Shown piece by piece: positions 30,384 to 42,168 of a DNA stretch of 64,000 nucleotides; position 1 is the first letter of the stretch, and each line of letters begins with the position of its first letter. The notes under the pieces were generated by a model, which was not told the origin of the DNA, made no database searches, and worked only from the letters and a program-made list of their open reading frames with translations. The DNA comes from Longimicrobiales bacterium (lineage in GTDB: Bacteria; Gemmatimonadota; Gemmatimonadetes; Longimicrobiales; Gaopeijiaceae). Location of the stretch: assembly GCA_965218295.1 (NCBI GenBank), contig CBDCKN010000014.1, positions 107,770 through 171,769 of the forward strand. The letters are read 5' to 3'. The translations under genes were made by a program, and so were the position numbers.

Positions 30384-31173
30384 GTGTGCCTCCTTGGAAG
30401 ATCTCGCTTCCATACCGTGCATGGGCCGTGCCACGGACGAGATCCCCTGAAATCCCTATACATAAGCTAGGTCCGGCCGGAAGCGCCGCAAAGGCCGGCG
30501 CCGGATGTCCCCGGCAGAGGACAAGTGGAAACCCGGTGTAGGACAGGCTGAGCGACCTTGGTCAGCTCAGTGCCGGGCGTCGAGGGCCGCGAAGAGGGAC
30601 TCTATCTCCGCCGCCGACGTGATGGTGTTGGGGGAGATTCGCAGGGCGTTGAGGCCCTGGGTCCGAAACGGACGAAGGACGATCGCCCGGACCGAGCATG
30701 TGCCGGTCCCTGAGGGCCTCCCAGGTCACGGAAGAACGAGGCCGGTGAGCGACGGTATCGAGCTCGGCCCCGAAGGCCTCTTCGAGGCGTTGGAACGGCG
30801 CGACGGCAGGCCCGGCAAGAGCCAGCGCCGCTAACGATTTGCGGAAATCACGACGTTCGCGACGAACCGACAACATGACTCAGCCTCCGCGAATGTCACC
30901 GCGTCCCTTGCCATGGAGCAGGAAACGAGGAAGATTAGAACCCACCCATTCGGGTGCCTGGAACGCAGATTTCCGATTCTTCAGGCCGAACTCGAGTCGT
31001 TCCAATCTCGGACATACCGTCCCCGGTGGTTTAGACCGCCGGAATCGCCTGTGCGCCTTCGTAGCGAACACGGGCTGGCAAGTTTGGACGGGGCGCCCCG
31101 GCACCGCCAGGGCGCCGAACCCTTTCGAGCCTGAATACGATTGCGTGGGCCCATATCAAGGAAAACCAGAACA

Positions 31174-32485
31174 GTGGACGGTAACACACCCATCGATCGG
31201 CTCGACTCCGAGGCTCAGCAAGATCAGCTGGAGACCCAGGAACAGGATCGCCCTGCGCAGCAAGATCGCCCTGGGCAGCCGGATCGTCCTGAGGGACAGG
31301 ATCGAGAAGAGCATCAGGGTCAACGCGATCAGCATGAGCGGGGTGAGCCGAGTGAGCCCCTCGGTGTCTTGGATGTCCTGGGCAGCGGCTCCGGGTTCAT
31401 CCGTCGCCGTGACGCCGGTTATACGGCCAGCAAGGAAGACATCTACGTCGGCGCAAAGGTGATTCACAAATTCGGCCTGCGCACGGGAGACGAGCTCAAC
31501 GGCTCCGTGGGGCGGCGTCCCAAGAACGGAAAGAGTCCACCGCTCACCCATCTGGCCCTGGTCAATGGTGGCCCTCCCGAGGACGCCAAGCGGCGCCCCG
31601 ACTTCAACCGGCTGAGCGCTGTGCACCCCAACGAGCAGCTCGTCCTGTCCTGTGACCGGATGGTGGGTGGAGAGCCCGACTACACGAACCGGGTCATCGA
31701 CCTGTTCTGCCCCTTCGGCAAAGGGCAGCGAGCCATGATCGTGTCCCCGTCCAAGGCCGGTAAGACCACGGTCCTGCAGGCGGTGGCCGAAGGGATCGTG
31801 ACGAACAATCCAGAGTGCCGCCTCATGATCCTCCTGGCCGACGAGCGGCCCGAGGAGATCACCGACATGGAGATGTGCGGCTTCGGCGAGGTGATCGCGT
31901 CCAGCTTCGACCGGCCGGCCGAGCGCCACTGCCAGGTCGCCGAGATGACCCTCGAGCGGGCCCGCCGCATGGTGGAGGGAGGACAGGACGTGGTGATCAT
32001 CCTGGACTCCATCACGCGACTCGCGCGGGCCTACAACACGGTCGAAGAAGGAAGCGGCCGCACCCTCTCGGGCGGTCTCGACGCCAATTCGCTGGAGAAG
32101 CCGAAGCGGTTCATCGGCAGTGCAAGGAAGATCGACCCGGGGCAGGGGGGAGGATCGCTCACCATCGTGGCCACCGCCCTGGTCGATACTGGATCCCGGA
32201 TGGATCAGGTCATCTTCGAGGAGTTCAAGGGCACGGGGGAACAGCGAGCTGCTGCTGAGCCGTGAGCTGGCCGACAAGAGGATCTATCCGGCCATCGATC
32301 TGATCGGGTCGGCGACCCGGAAAGAGGAGCTGCTCCTCGATCCGGATAGCCTGTCCGTCTCTCGAGCCATGCGTCGACAGCTGTCCGACGTGTCACCGGC
32401 GGACGCCATGACCGAGTTATTGGGGGTCATGCGGAGAACCCGCACGAACGAAGGGCTTGTGGCCCTGGCCAGCCAAAAAATCTAG
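31174..32485 (+). CDS. rho: transcription termination factor Rho; apparent frameshift near 32238
   Basis: GVLDVL..GFIR, PFGKGQRAMIVSPSKAGKT, DERPEE, LDSITRLARAYN, FEEFKGTG/NSEL, YPAIDL...ATRKEELL. Confidence 0.9.
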
Positions 32486-33000
32486 GGAATAGCGACCGCT
32501 TCCTTCAACCTGCCCAGACTCTCGGAGAGCTGCCTTCCCTGGGAGTCGGACATGCTCCTCGCCACGTAACCCATCAGCGGGTTGCGTCCGAAATCACCCT
32601 GTTCACGCCAAGTGACGAGGCTTCCACCCGTCGATGCCTCAAGCTCCAGCTCTCCGATGACCTCGACTCCCTCACCGATCCTGACTCGATAGCGAACCAG
32701 CTCGGCCGGGCGACTCACCGTGATGGTCACGGAGCCGGATCCGTACTGGTCGTCGTCCCAGCTGCGCACCGCCCCGGGCCCGAAGGACGGATCGCTGAGC
32801 GTGGACTCCACGTCGCCCCATTGGGTCCACTCGTCCCAGCAGCCCAGGTCGACAAGGAGGGGAAAGACCGCTTCCGGGGCGGCCGGGACCTCGATAGACA
32901 CTTCCGCCGACCAGGTGCCCGGCAGCAAGAAGCCCACGGCCATGAAGGCAAGCAGGAGCCCTGCGATGAGGCCGAAGATCTTGGCGAGGCGCCCCATCAT
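32482..33000 (-). CDS. SRPBCC family protein
   Basis: N-terminal TM, APEAVFPLL..WDEW, GRNPLMGY, SLGRLK. Confidence 0.8.
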   Translation of the reverse strand: MMGRLAKIFGLIAGLLLAFMAVGFLLPGTWSAEVSIEVPAAPEAVFPLLVDLGCWDEWTQWGDVESTLSDPSFGPGAVRSWDDDQYGSGSVTITVSRPAELVRYRVRIGEGVEVIGELELEASTGGSLVTWREQGDFGRNPLMGYVARSMSDSQGRQLSESLGRLKEAVAIP

Positions 33001-33737
33001 GGTTGATCCGCCCCGCTCGTCGCGACCTCTCGAAGCACCGGCTCCAAGAAGCCCCAGACCGTCTCGGACACCCGGCGGTGTCCCTCGACCGTCGGGTGGA
33101 TGCCATCCACCTGGTTGAGCTCGGGCTCACCCGCCACGCCGTCCAGGAGGAAGGGGATCAACACGGCGTCGTTCTCCCGGGCCAGCTCGATGAACACGGA
33201 CCGGAACTCCGACCCGTACCGCGGCCCCAGGTTGGGGGGAGCCTCCATCCCGGCCACCACGAACCGAACATCGCGATAGCGCGTCCGCGCGCTGTCCATG
33301 ACCGCCTGGAGATTCCCGCGCATGGCCTCGATGGATAGCCCGCGAATCCCGTCGTTGGCTCCGAGCTCGATCACGAGCACGCTTACAGGGGCCCATAGGA
33401 ACCAGTTGATCCGCCGGAGCCCACCGGCGCTGGTGTCACCACTGACGCCGGCGTTCAGGATCTCGAATGGGAGACCCGCGGAGTCGATCTTTGCCCGGAT
33501 CCGGTCCGTGAAGCGGGCCGTTTGATCACCGAGCCCATACCCGGCGGTCAGGCTCGTTCCCAGGAAGACGACCCGTCCCGGAGCGCCGGTGTCGGCCGGC
33601 GCGACGGCCGCCGCTGGGGCGCCCGAGCCTGCCAACGTTGAACCTTCCTGCCGCCCGGAGCGTACCACGTCCGAGTCGGCACCTGGGCCGCACCCGGCCG
33701 AGGGGAGCCACAGGGCCATAAGAGCGACGGCAGCCAT
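32997..33737 (-). CDS. arylesterase / TesA-like SGNH hydrolase lipoprotein
   Basis: GTSLTAGYG, NAGVSGDTSAGG, ELGANDG, DGIHP. Confidence 0.92.
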   Translation of the reverse strand: MAAVALMALWLPSAGCGPGADSDVVRSGRQEGSTLAGSGAPAAAVAPADTGAPGRVVFLGTSLTAGYGLGDQTARFTDRIRAKIDSAGLPFEILNAGVSGDTSAGGLRRINWFLWAPVSVLVIELGANDGIRGLSIEAMRGNLQAVMDSARTRYRDVRFVVAGMEAPPNLGPRYGSEFRSVFIELARENDAVLIPFLLDGVAGEPELNQVDGIHPTVEGHRRVSETVWGFLEPVLREVATSGADQP

Positions 33738-34434
33738 GATCCGAGCTGTGGGTCTGTCGAAAGAATACATGAGCGGAGGGCGACCCCTTCGCGTGTTGGA
33801 CCGTGTCGATCTCGATGTGGAGCCGGAGAGCTTCGTGGCCATCACTGGACCTTCCGGAAGTGGGAAGACCACGCTCCTCGGGCTCCTGGCCGGGCTCGAT
33901 CAGCCCACCGAAGGTAAGGTAACCGTTGCCGGTGAAGATCTCTTCAGTCTTACCGAAGACGGTCGTGCCAGGTTTCGCGCCGAGAACGTGGGTTTCGTAT
34001 TCCAGATGTTCCACCTGCTCCCTGCGCTCACGGCCATGGAAAACGTGATGGTGCCTCTCGAGCTCCTGGGGCGCGACCGGAGCCGCAATGGGCGGTCCAT
34101 CCGGGAGCGGAGTCGCGAGCTGTTGACTCGCGTAGGGCTCGGCGACCGGACAGACCACTATCCGGCCCAGCTTTCGGGGGGCGAGCAGCAGCGGGTCGCT
34201 CTGGCCCGGGCCTTCGCCAACGAGCCGCGCATCCTGTTCGCCGACGAGCCCACCGGCAATCTCGACCGCAAGACCGGCCTTCACGTGGTCGAGCTCCTCG
34301 AGGAGCTGAACCACGAGTCCCAGACCACGCTGATCCTGGTCACCCACGACCTGGACCTCGCGTCACGGGCCCATCGCACCGTCTCGCTCGCCGACGGCCG
34401 TATCGTGTCCGACGCGAGCGGCTCGTCCGGATGA
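33736..34434 (+). CDS. ABC transporter ATP-binding protein (YbbA-like)
   Basis: [25 protein letters not shown]; divergent from and overlapping the tesA-like start. Confidence 0.95.
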   Translation: MIRAVGLSKEYMSGGRPLRVLDRVDLDVEPESFVAITGPSGSGKTTLLGLLAGLDQPTEGKVTVAGEDLFSLTEDGRARFRAENVGFVFQMFHLLPALTAMENVMVPLELLGRDRSRNGRSIRERSRELLTRVGLGDRTDHYPAQLSGGEQQRVALARAFANEPRILFADEPTGNLDRKTGLHVVELLEELNHESQTTLILVTHDLDLASRAHRTVSLADGRIVSDASGSSG

Positions 34435-36971
34435 TCCGGTCGTTCGCGGTTCGTCTGGCCTGGCGAGAGGGCAGAGCCAGCTACCGTCGCCTCTCCGTCT
34501 TCATGGGCTCCATCGCCCTGGGGGTGGCGGCGCTCGTGGCGATCCACTCGTTCCGAGCCGACGTGGAGCGCTCCCTCGATGATCAGGCCCGTGTGCTCCT
34601 GGGAGCCGACGTGCGCGTCTCGTCGAGCCGGGCCTTTCCCGAGGAGTTCGAGGCGGTTCTGGACTCTATGGTGGGGGAGGGGAGACAGATCGCTCGGACG
34701 ACGACACTGGCCTCCATGGTGCTCGATACCCGGAGCGAGGGCGTGCGGCTCTTCCAGATCCGCGCCGTGGATGCGGGCTTCCCGTTCTACGGTGACGTGG
34801 CATCCGAGCCGTCCAGAGCCTGGGCGCAGATCCATGACGGGCCATGGGCGGTGGCCGATCCGGCCGTCCTGGTCCAGTTGGATGCCCGGCCCGGTGATAC
34901 GCTGGCCATCGGACGGGCCCGGTTCGTCCTCCGGGGAACCGTCAGCGGGCTTCCCACGGACGTGGGCTTTCAGACGGCCATCGGACCCAGGGTCTACATC
35001 GCCCGGGACCGCCTGGAGGAGACCGGGCTGCTGACCTTCGGCTCCATCGCCCGCTATCACGCGAACTTCCTCATGCCGGAGCGGGAGGACCGGGAACAGC
35101 TCTGGAACAGCCAACGGGAGCTGTTCCGGCGGCATCAGCTCCGGCACACGCCGGCCGCCTATCGCGCACAAGAGATGAGCTCGGCCCTGGACGATCTGGC
35201 GCGCTACCTGGGGCTCATCGGCCTGGCGGCCCTCTTCCTCGGCGGCATCGGAGTGGCCAGCGCCATCTACGTCTACGTCCGTGAGAAGGTGGTGACGGTG
35301 GCGGTTCTCCGCTGTCTGGGGGCTCGCCAGGAGAGCCTCTTCGCCGCATACCTGCTCCAGGCGGCGGTGCTCGCCTTCATGGGCTCCCTGGTGGGTGTCG
35401 TGCTGGGGATCGGCATCCAGCGGGTGCTGCCTATGGCTCTCTCGGGGGTTCTGCCGGTGGGAGTGACAACGGACGTCTCGTGGGTGGCGGCCCTCGCGGG
35501 AATCTTCCTGGGAGTCTGGGTCGCCCTCATGTTCGCTTTGGCACCGCTTCTCGAGGTAAGGGGTGTCCCGCCGCTCCTCGCTATCAGGCACGACTTCGAG
35601 CCGCCAGGGCGGACCGATCTCTGGAAGGTGGGAGCGTTGGCCCTTCTGGTGGCCACGATTCTGGGGCTTACGGTGGTGGAGGCTCCTTCCCGCGCACAGG
35701 GACTGGCGTTCTCCGCCGGCCTCGGAGTCGTGGCCCTCGTCCTCTGGGGTTCGGCCCGGGTCCTCATCGCCGCAACCAAGCGGTTCTTCCCGCAGGGGAT
35801 GTCGTACCCGATCCGCCAGGGTGTGAGCAACCTGTTCCGGCCGCAAAACCAGACTGTCTCGGTGACACTGGCCCTCGGCTTCGGCGCGTTCGTCATCGGC
35901 ACCATCGGCCTGGTGGAGGGCAGCCTGACCCAGGAGTTCACCCTGGAGGTAGGAGAAGGACGACCGAACCTCCTCCTCTTCGACGTGCAGTCGGATCAGC
36001 GTCCCGACGTCGAGGCCTTCGTGGCGTCACGCGCCACCGGCTCGCCGGACGTGACTCCCCTGGTACCCTCGAGGCTCATCGGGATCAACGGGCGGACCCG
36101 GGAGGAGCTCCTCGATGCCTCCGGGGAAGACGGTCCAGAGGGGTGGGCCCTTCGGCGGGAGTTCCGGCACACCTATCGGGCGGAGCTCACGGGCCCGGAG
36201 GAGCTCGTGGAGGGGGACTGGTGGGACGCACCTCCCGCCGAAGACGGTCTGCCCCGCGTCTCGCTGGAGGCCGACCTGGCCGAGAGCCTGCGGGTCTCCA
36301 TCGGGGACCGGATCACGTGGGACTTCGCGGGTGTGCCACTTGAGACGCGTGTGGTGAGCCTCCGCACCGTCGACTGGACCCGATTCGAGACGAACTTCTT
36401 CGTGGTCTTCGAGCCCGGCGTGCTAGAGGAGGCTCCGCAGACCGTCGTTATCATGGCCCGCGTCGAAGGAGAGCGGGAGCGAGCCGAGTTCCAACGGGAC
36501 CTGATGGGTGTACACGCCAACGTATCGGTGTTGGACCTTTCGCGGCTCCAGCAGGCCATCGACACCATCCTGGCCCGGGCAAACCAGGCGGTCCGCTTCC
36601 TCGGCATCTTCAGCACCATTGCCGGCGTCCTCGTCCTCATGGGGTCATTGGCCACTTCGCGCTATCAGCGCATGCGGGAAAGCGCTGTCCTCAAGACCCT
36701 GGGCGCGCAGAAGGGGGTCATCCTGCGGATTCTCACGGTGGAGTACGTCGCCATCGGGTCTCTGGCCACGCTGGCGGGGCTTCTGTTGGCTGTGGTCGCT
36801 GGGTGGTTGGTCGTGGTCCAGGTCTTCACCGTGCCGTTCGTCTTCGACCCCTTGCGGATCGGATACGTGTGGCTCGTGATCACCGCCGTTACGCTGGGGG
36901 TCGGCCTCGCCGGGAGCCGGGGAGTCCTTCTCAGACCTCCTCTGGCGGTTCTCCGGGACGTGGCGTGTTGA
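34431..36971 (+). CDS. ABC transporter permease (YbbP-like, duplicated FtsX domains)
   Basis: SIALGVAAL, LRCLGA, LKTLGA, NFFVVF motifs. Confidence 0.92.
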   Translation: MIRSFAVRLAWREGRASYRRLSVFMGSIALGVAALVAIHSFRADVERSLDDQARVLLGADVRVSSSRAFPEEFEAVLDSMVGEGRQIARTTTLASMVLDTRSEGVRLFQIRAVDAGFPFYGDVASEPSRAWAQIHDGPWAVADPAVLVQLDARPGDTLAIGRARFVLRGTVSGLPTDVGFQTAIGPRVYIARDRLEETGLLTFGSIARYHANFLMPEREDREQLWNSQRELFRRHQLRHTPAAYRAQEMSSALDDLARYLGLIGLAALFLGGIGVASAIYVYVREKVVTVAVLRCLGARQESLFAAYLLQAAVLAFMGSLVGVVLGIGIQRVLPMALSGVLPVGVTTDVSWVAALAGIFLGVWVALMFALAPLLEVRGVPPLLAIRHDFEPPGRTDLWKVGALALLVATILGLTVVEAPSRAQGLAFSAGLGVVALVLWGSARVLIAATKRFFPQGMSYPIRQGVSNLFRPQNQTVSVTLALGFGAFVIGTIGLVEGSLTQEFTLEVGEGRPNLLLFDVQSDQRPDVEAFVASRATGSPDVTPLVPSRLIGINGRTREELLDASGEDGPEGWALRREFRHTYRAELTGPEELVEGDWWDAPPAEDGLPRVSLEADLAESLRVSIGDRITWDFAGVPLETRVVSLRTVDWTRFETNFFVVFEPGVLEEAPQTVVIMARVEGERERAEFQRDLMGVHANVSVLDLSRLQQAIDTILARANQAVRFLGIFSTIAGVLVLMGSLATSRYQRMRESAVLKTLGAQKGVILRILTVEYVAIGSLATLAGLLLAVVAGWLVVVQVFTVPFVFDPLRIGYVWLVITAVTLGVGLAGSRGVLLRPPLAVLRDVAC

Positions 36972-37183
36972 CGCCGGGCTGGGCCGCCGGATCCACCTCC
37001 AACGCCAGCTTTGTTCCTGCACGTTGCCGTCGACGCTCAAAGGGTGAGTATTTGGACGCAGGAATATATGTTGGTCGCTGATCCCTCCCCAACTCACTCG
37101 GCGTCTCCTTCGGCGCGGATGTGCGCAGGCATGGAGGGGCTGACAAGGGCGTTCGAAGAGGATCGGGAGACCGAATCCGGACA

Positions 37184-39266
37184 GTGACAGACAGCTCAGA
37201 TACCAGCTCAGAGACCAGTTCAGAGACCAGCTCAGACATCGACCAGCCGGTCATGGCTGGGGAGCTCACCGAGTTTCTGGTTTCAGCTGTCCATCACCGT
37301 TCACCGATTCAATATGTACCCTCCGGGGCATCCGTCGCTGGAGCCGTCCGCCGAGGAGGTCGTGGAGCGCCTGCAGAGACTCGTTGGCGACCGCGAGTCT
37401 TTGGCCATCGGGGTCGCGTCCGGCCAGCTCGTCATCGAGGGCATCGGTACCGACGCCAACCACCCGGTCCTCAGCGATCTGGCGAGGCGGCTCCACGGTC
37501 ATCAGCTCGGGGCCCTCTCCTTGGACAGGGAAGCCACGGTCTCCGAAGTCGAAGATGCCTGCCGTACCCTGGCCACCGACGCGGAGCACGAGGCGGATCC
37601 CATCGGACTGCTGCCCAGGGACGAGATTCCCGATTGGGACCACATTCATCTCTATCCCCTCGGGTACGACCGGCTCGAGATCAAAGACTCCGGCGAGGGT
37701 ATGCAGGGCGTCTCGGTGGACCGGGCCACGGAGCTCTGGTTCGGCCTCGCTCGCTCCGCCATGGCCGGCGACGACGTAGACTACGCTGACGAGCCGCCCA
37801 CGCCCCAGGCCATTGCCGCTTCCATCCAGCGGCACCGAACGGAGGAGGCATACGATCAGGTGATCGTGGGACACCTGCTCCAGCTGGCGGAAGAGCTCAA
37901 GGGCGGAGGCGAGGCTGGACAGATTCGCGAGCACGTCTCGGACCTCATCCAGGATCTCGATGACTCGACCCTCGAGCGGTTCATCGAAATGGGCGGTGAC
38001 TTCAGCCAGAGAAGACGCTTCGTGCTCGATGCCAGTCAGGGCCTGGCCGCCGACGCCGTGATGAAGGTCCTGCAGGCGGCCGCTGTCAGCTCCCAGCAGA
38101 GCATCTCCCACTCCATGACGAGGCTCCTGACGAAGTTGGCCGTACACTCCGAGGGAGGCGATGGCTCCGTCAAGGCGGGTGCCGACGACGCGCTCCAGGA
38201 GAACCTCGAAGAGCTCATGGCCGAGTGGCAGCTCACCGATCCGAACCCCGACGACTACACCCTCGTTCTTGACGAGATGTCCAGGGCCGCTCCGGTCCTG
38301 GCCGGTGACGTCGAGGACGAGAGTGACGAAGGTGTCGTCACTGGAGCGGAGAGGATCGTGGAGATGGCCCTCGAGGTGGAGGCCTTCGGTCCCATCGTTC
38401 AGAAGGCCATTGCCGACCTCCTGGAGGACGCACGGGCGCGGTTCCTCATCGATGCGATAAACGAAGCCTCGGACAGTCAGACGGCAGGGCGAATCAAAGA
38501 GCATCTGGCCAATCCGGATCAGCTCCGCCGGCTTCTCTCCGCCGCCGAGATCGACGTCGCGTCGCTGAGCGCCATTGTCACGTGGATGGGGCCGACGGCG
38601 ATTGATCCCCTCTTGAACACTTTGGCCGAGTCGGAGTCACCGGATCGCCGGGAGATCGCCCTGGATGCCCTGCAAGACTTCGGATCGCACGTCTGGGATG
38701 GCGTACTACGGTATCTGGAGGACCCCGAGTGGGAGGTGATCCGAAACATGCTCCTGCTCATTCAAAGGTTGGACGACGTTCACGAGGACTTCGACGTCAT
38801 GGAGTTCCTCAGCCACCCCGACCCCAAGGTGAGGCGCGAGGCGTTCCCGCTGGCGATCCGCGGTGGACTCCGCCAGAAGACCCTTGCCAATGCCCATGCG
38901 GACGACGACGAGTTCGTCGTCCGCATGGCGCTGCTCGAGCTCGGGGAGTCCGTGCCGGAGACGGTCGTGCCCATCCTCGTCAACCGCGTCGTTCTGGGGG
39001 AGCGCAGCCCCGAGATCAGGGCCTTCGGGATCCGCACGGCCGGCCTGTCCAGGTCGCCGCTCGTGCTGGAGACGCTTCTGATCATGACGAAAGTCGGAAA
39101 GACGATCTTCGGCCGACCGATACTGGCGCCCAAGTCCATGGAGGTTCTGGCCGCCCTGGGGACACTGGCCCGCTTCTGGCCCGACGAGGCCCGAGCCGCG
39201 AAGATCGTCAAGGCGGCGAGACGTTCGAAGGATCCCGATATCAAAGCGGCCGGAGACACATCTTGA
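37184..39266 (+). CDS. HEAT-repeat protein; apparent frameshift near 37282
   Basis: N-terminus VTDSSDTSSETSSETSS...ELTEFLV continues in the MYPPGHP frame; C-terminal HEAT motifs (WEVIRNML, HPDPKVRREA). Confidence 0.75.
37191..37236 (+). repeat. 12-bp tandem repeat (~4 units, accagctcagag-like) coding TSSE
   Basis: cagctcagat accagctcagag accagttcagag accagctcagac. Confidence 0.8.
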
Positions 39267-40522
39267 GCTCGAGCGCCACCGAGTTCCTCACGAATCTGGC
39301 CCAGACCGTGTCGACGATGATCCTCTACGAGGAGGGCCATCCAGCTCGCGAGCGGGCCATCGACGGCACTCTGGATGCCATCCTCCGACTGCAGGAGGAG
39401 ATTCCCACTCCCGACTTCACTTTCGTGGGCAACGAGATCGTATTCCAGGGCCGGCCCCTTCATGCGCTCAAGCGGTGGGAATGGGGCTCGCGATTGGGTG
39501 CCGTCGGGATCCAGAGGCTGGAGTTCACCGGTCCGGTGACCCGGGAAGATCTGGAGGTCTTCCTCGACGACGTCCATGCTCGCCTCACCAGCGAAACTCC
39601 CAGTTCGGCCGAAGCCCGCCATTCACGGCCTACGGTAATCCAGTACGGGATCGTGGGGATCAAGGGACAGGGACGGCAAGCGGAAGGCGGAGAGGGGCGT
39701 TCGGCCGGGGGGGAGTTGACCTACACGCTTCAGGAAGAGGTGGAAGCGGTGGATTGGCTCCATAGCGAGCTCAAGGAGGACGGTGGCCTGCACTTACTCG
39801 AGGCCGAGGCCATCGTCCGCTCACTCACCGTCGCCATGCACGGCGATCAGCAGTTCCTCATGCCGCTGCTCAAGCTGAAGCGATTCGATCAGTACACCAC
39901 CACCCACGCCATGAACGTTTCTGTGCTGGCCATGGCGTTGGCCGAATTCATCGGGTTGGAGCCGAAGGAGGTCAGGGCGTTCGGCATCAGCGGCCTCATG
40001 CACGATCTCGGCAAGGTCACCATACCCGAGGACATCCTCAACAAGCCCGGGAAGCTCACCGACGAAGAGCGCGCCGTGATGAACAACCATACCATCGCCG
40101 GCGCGCGGATCATCATCGAGACCCAAGAGCAGCTCGATCTGGCGGCCGTCGTGGCGTACGAGCACCACATCAAGATCGACGGGGGCGGATATCCCTCGCT
40201 GCACTTCCCCCGGGCCTGTCATCACGCCAGCAACCTGGTGCACGTCTGCGACGTCTTCGACGCATTGCGGACGGATCGCCCGTATCGGGGTGCGTGGGAA
40301 ACGGAGCGGGTGCTAGGCCTTCTGGACGAGGGGTCTGGAACCGAGTTCGACCACGACCTGGCCCAGTCCTTCGTTCGCATGATGCGCCAGTGGGAGGGTC
40401 AGATCGCCGTGGTGCACCAGGAGGATGAGGCTCTCCCCATCGGGGCGCCCGTCGAGCCCACCAACGAAGGTGGGCCGGGCCAGCCAGCCGCCGGTGGTCC
40501 GGAGGGCACTACCGACTCGTAG
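39263..40522 (+). CDS. HD-GYP domain phosphodiesterase
   Basis: YTTTHAMNV, HDLGK, EHH...GGGYP, DVFDALRTDRPYR. Confidence 0.92.
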   Translation: MSSSATEFLTNLAQTVSTMILYEEGHPARERAIDGTLDAILRLQEEIPTPDFTFVGNEIVFQGRPLHALKRWEWGSRLGAVGIQRLEFTGPVTREDLEVFLDDVHARLTSETPSSAEARHSRPTVIQYGIVGIKGQGRQAEGGEGRSAGGELTYTLQEEVEAVDWLHSELKEDGGLHLLEAEAIVRSLTVAMHGDQQFLMPLLKLKRFDQYTTTHAMNVSVLAMALAEFIGLEPKEVRAFGISGLMHDLGKVTIPEDILNKPGKLTDEERAVMNNHTIAGARIIIETQEQLDLAAVVAYEHHIKIDGGGYPSLHFPRACHHASNLVHVCDVFDALRTDRPYRGAWETERVLGLLDEGSGTEFDHDLAQSFVRMMRQWEGQIAVVHQEDEALPIGAPVEPTNEGGPGQPAAGGPEGTTDS

Positions 40523-40610
40523 TGTTCCGTTGCCGAAGTTCGCTAGCCACCAAGAGGGTCGGATGCACCGTGCCCTCGACTGGCCGAGACACTTTGGTAA
40601 CGGGACACTG
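40520..40610 (+). repeat. MITE-like repeat, 91-bp form
   Basis: tagtgttccgttgccgaagt...actttggtaacgggacactg; begins at the HD-GYP TAG. Confidence 0.9.
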
Positions 40611-40677
40611 GCCGGGCCAGGAGGATCGAGCCGGAGGGAAGGGTCCGGCCGGAGGGGCGAGCCGGCCTTGGAAGCCC

Positions 40678-41850
40678 TCAGCCCCCGCTCCGGGCGAAGG
40701 CCCGCAGCCGCTCGCCTGCTACTTCCAGGGTTTCCGCTCTCTTGCAGAAGGCGAAGCGGACCAGAGAGCGACCCAGCTCGGGGTCCGAGTAGAAGCTCGA
40801 GCCCGGGACCGGCGCCACGCCTGCGTCTCTCGTCAGCCGTCGCGAGAAGACGTCGTCGGGCTCGTCGCTGAGAGCCGAGAAGTCCGCCAGCATGTAGTAC
40901 GCACCCTGGGGCTTCTCGCACCTGAAGCCCGCCTCGGCCAGGCCCCGGTACAAGGCCTCGCGTCTTACCCGATAGTCATCGATCATCGTCTCGTAATATG
41001 TCCCTCCCAGCTCCTCCATGCCCACGGCGCAGGCCTCCTGTAAGGGAGCCGGCGCGCCCACGGTAAGGAAGTCGTGGACCTTCCGGATGGCGTCGGTGAG
41101 GTCCGGTGGCGCGATGATGGTACCGATGCGCCAGCCCGTGATGCTGAAGGTCTTGGAGAGGCCGCTCACCGTGATAGTCCGGTCGCGCATCCCGTCGAGG
41201 GTGGCCATGGGGATGTGCTCGCCCTCGTAGTAGATGTGCTCGTAGATCTCGTCGGTGATGGCCAGCAGATCGTGCTTGCGGCAGATGTCGGCGAGCGCTT
41301 CGACCTCGCCTCGATCGAGGACCCGGCCTGTCGGATTGTTGGGCGTGTTGATCACGATGGCCCGGGTGCGATCCGTCACCAGGGATGCCAGGCGATCATG
41401 ATCCAGCCGGAAGTCGGGGGGCTCCAGCGGAAGAAAGACCGGCCTTGCCTCCGAAAGGATGGCATCGGGGCCGTAGTTCTCGTAGAAGGGCTCCAGCACG
41501 ATCACCTCGTCCCCTGGGTCGATGACCGCGAGCATGATGCTGGCCATAGCCTCCGTGGCGCCGCACGTGACGGTGATCTCCCGCTCGCCGTCTACGGCCA
41601 TCCCGTACCAGCGCTCGTACTTGGCCACGAGGGCGTCGCGCATGCGAGGCGATCCCCACGTGATGGCGTATTGGTTTACGTCGGCCTGGATTGCCTCGCA
41701 CGCAGCGTCCTTTACCCTTTGGGGGGCCGGGAAGTCAGGAAAGCCCTGCGCGAGATTGATGGCGTCGTGCTCATGCGCCACACGAGTCATCTCCCGGATG
41801 ACTGACTCCGTGAAGCCGTGGGTTCTCCGTGCCGTCCGCAGTAGGGTCAT
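40678..41850 (-). CDS. PLP-dependent class I/II aminotransferase
   Basis: INLAQGFPD, NTPNNPTG, DEIYE, SKTFSITGWRIG, RFAFCK. Confidence 0.95.
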   Translation of the reverse strand: MTLLRTARRTHGFTESVIREMTRVAHEHDAINLAQGFPDFPAPQRVKDAACEAIQADVNQYAITWGSPRMRDALVAKYERWYGMAVDGEREITVTCGATEAMASIMLAVIDPGDEVIVLEPFYENYGPDAILSEARPVFLPLEPPDFRLDHDRLASLVTDRTRAIVINTPNNPTGRVLDRGEVEALADICRKHDLLAITDEIYEHIYYEGEHIPMATLDGMRDRTITVSGLSKTFSITGWRIGTIIAPPDLTDAIRKVHDFLTVGAPAPLQEACAVGMEELGGTYYETMIDDYRVRREALYRGLAEAGFRCEKPQGAYYMLADFSALSDEPDDVFSRRLTRDAGVAPVPGSSFYSDPELGRSLVRFAFCKRAETLEVAGERLRAFARSGG

Positions 41851-41864
41851 ATGGGCTCGCGATC

Positions 41865-42168
41865 TAGTGTGGTGTTACAGAAGTGTCTCGGCCATTGATC
41901 TCGCTGCGCTCGATCGTCTCGCGGTCAACTCGGCGCTCACGACGAGCATGTAGGTCGCTCGGCTCGAGCACCGATGCATCCGGCCCCGACCCACACGCAT
42001 ACAGCGCGCGGGTACCCCGTTCCTCCTCCTCGGACCACGGCCTTCGGCCGCGGTGCCCGCGTTGCTATTCCTCGTCGTCGCGCCTGACCCACGCCTAACG
42101 GCGCGGGTACCCCGGATCCGGCGCCTCGGCACTCTCGGTGGCTCGCGAACTTCTGCAACACCACACTG
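41865..42168 (-). repeat. MITE-like repeat, longest (304-bp) form
   Basis: TIR tagtgtggtgttacagaagt / acttctgcaacaccacactg; shares subterminal aagtgtctcggcca and ggtggctcgcgaactt with the shorter copies. Confidence 0.88.

Noticed and set aside
32230..32245. Programmed frameshift in rho
   Set aside because: A simple extra G in a run with no recognisable slippery signal; sequencing error is more parsimonious.
33730..33740. Overlapping divergent start codons of tesA-like and ybbA-like genes
   Set aside because: A divergent, overlapping tesA/ybbA arrangement is already known from enterobacteria.
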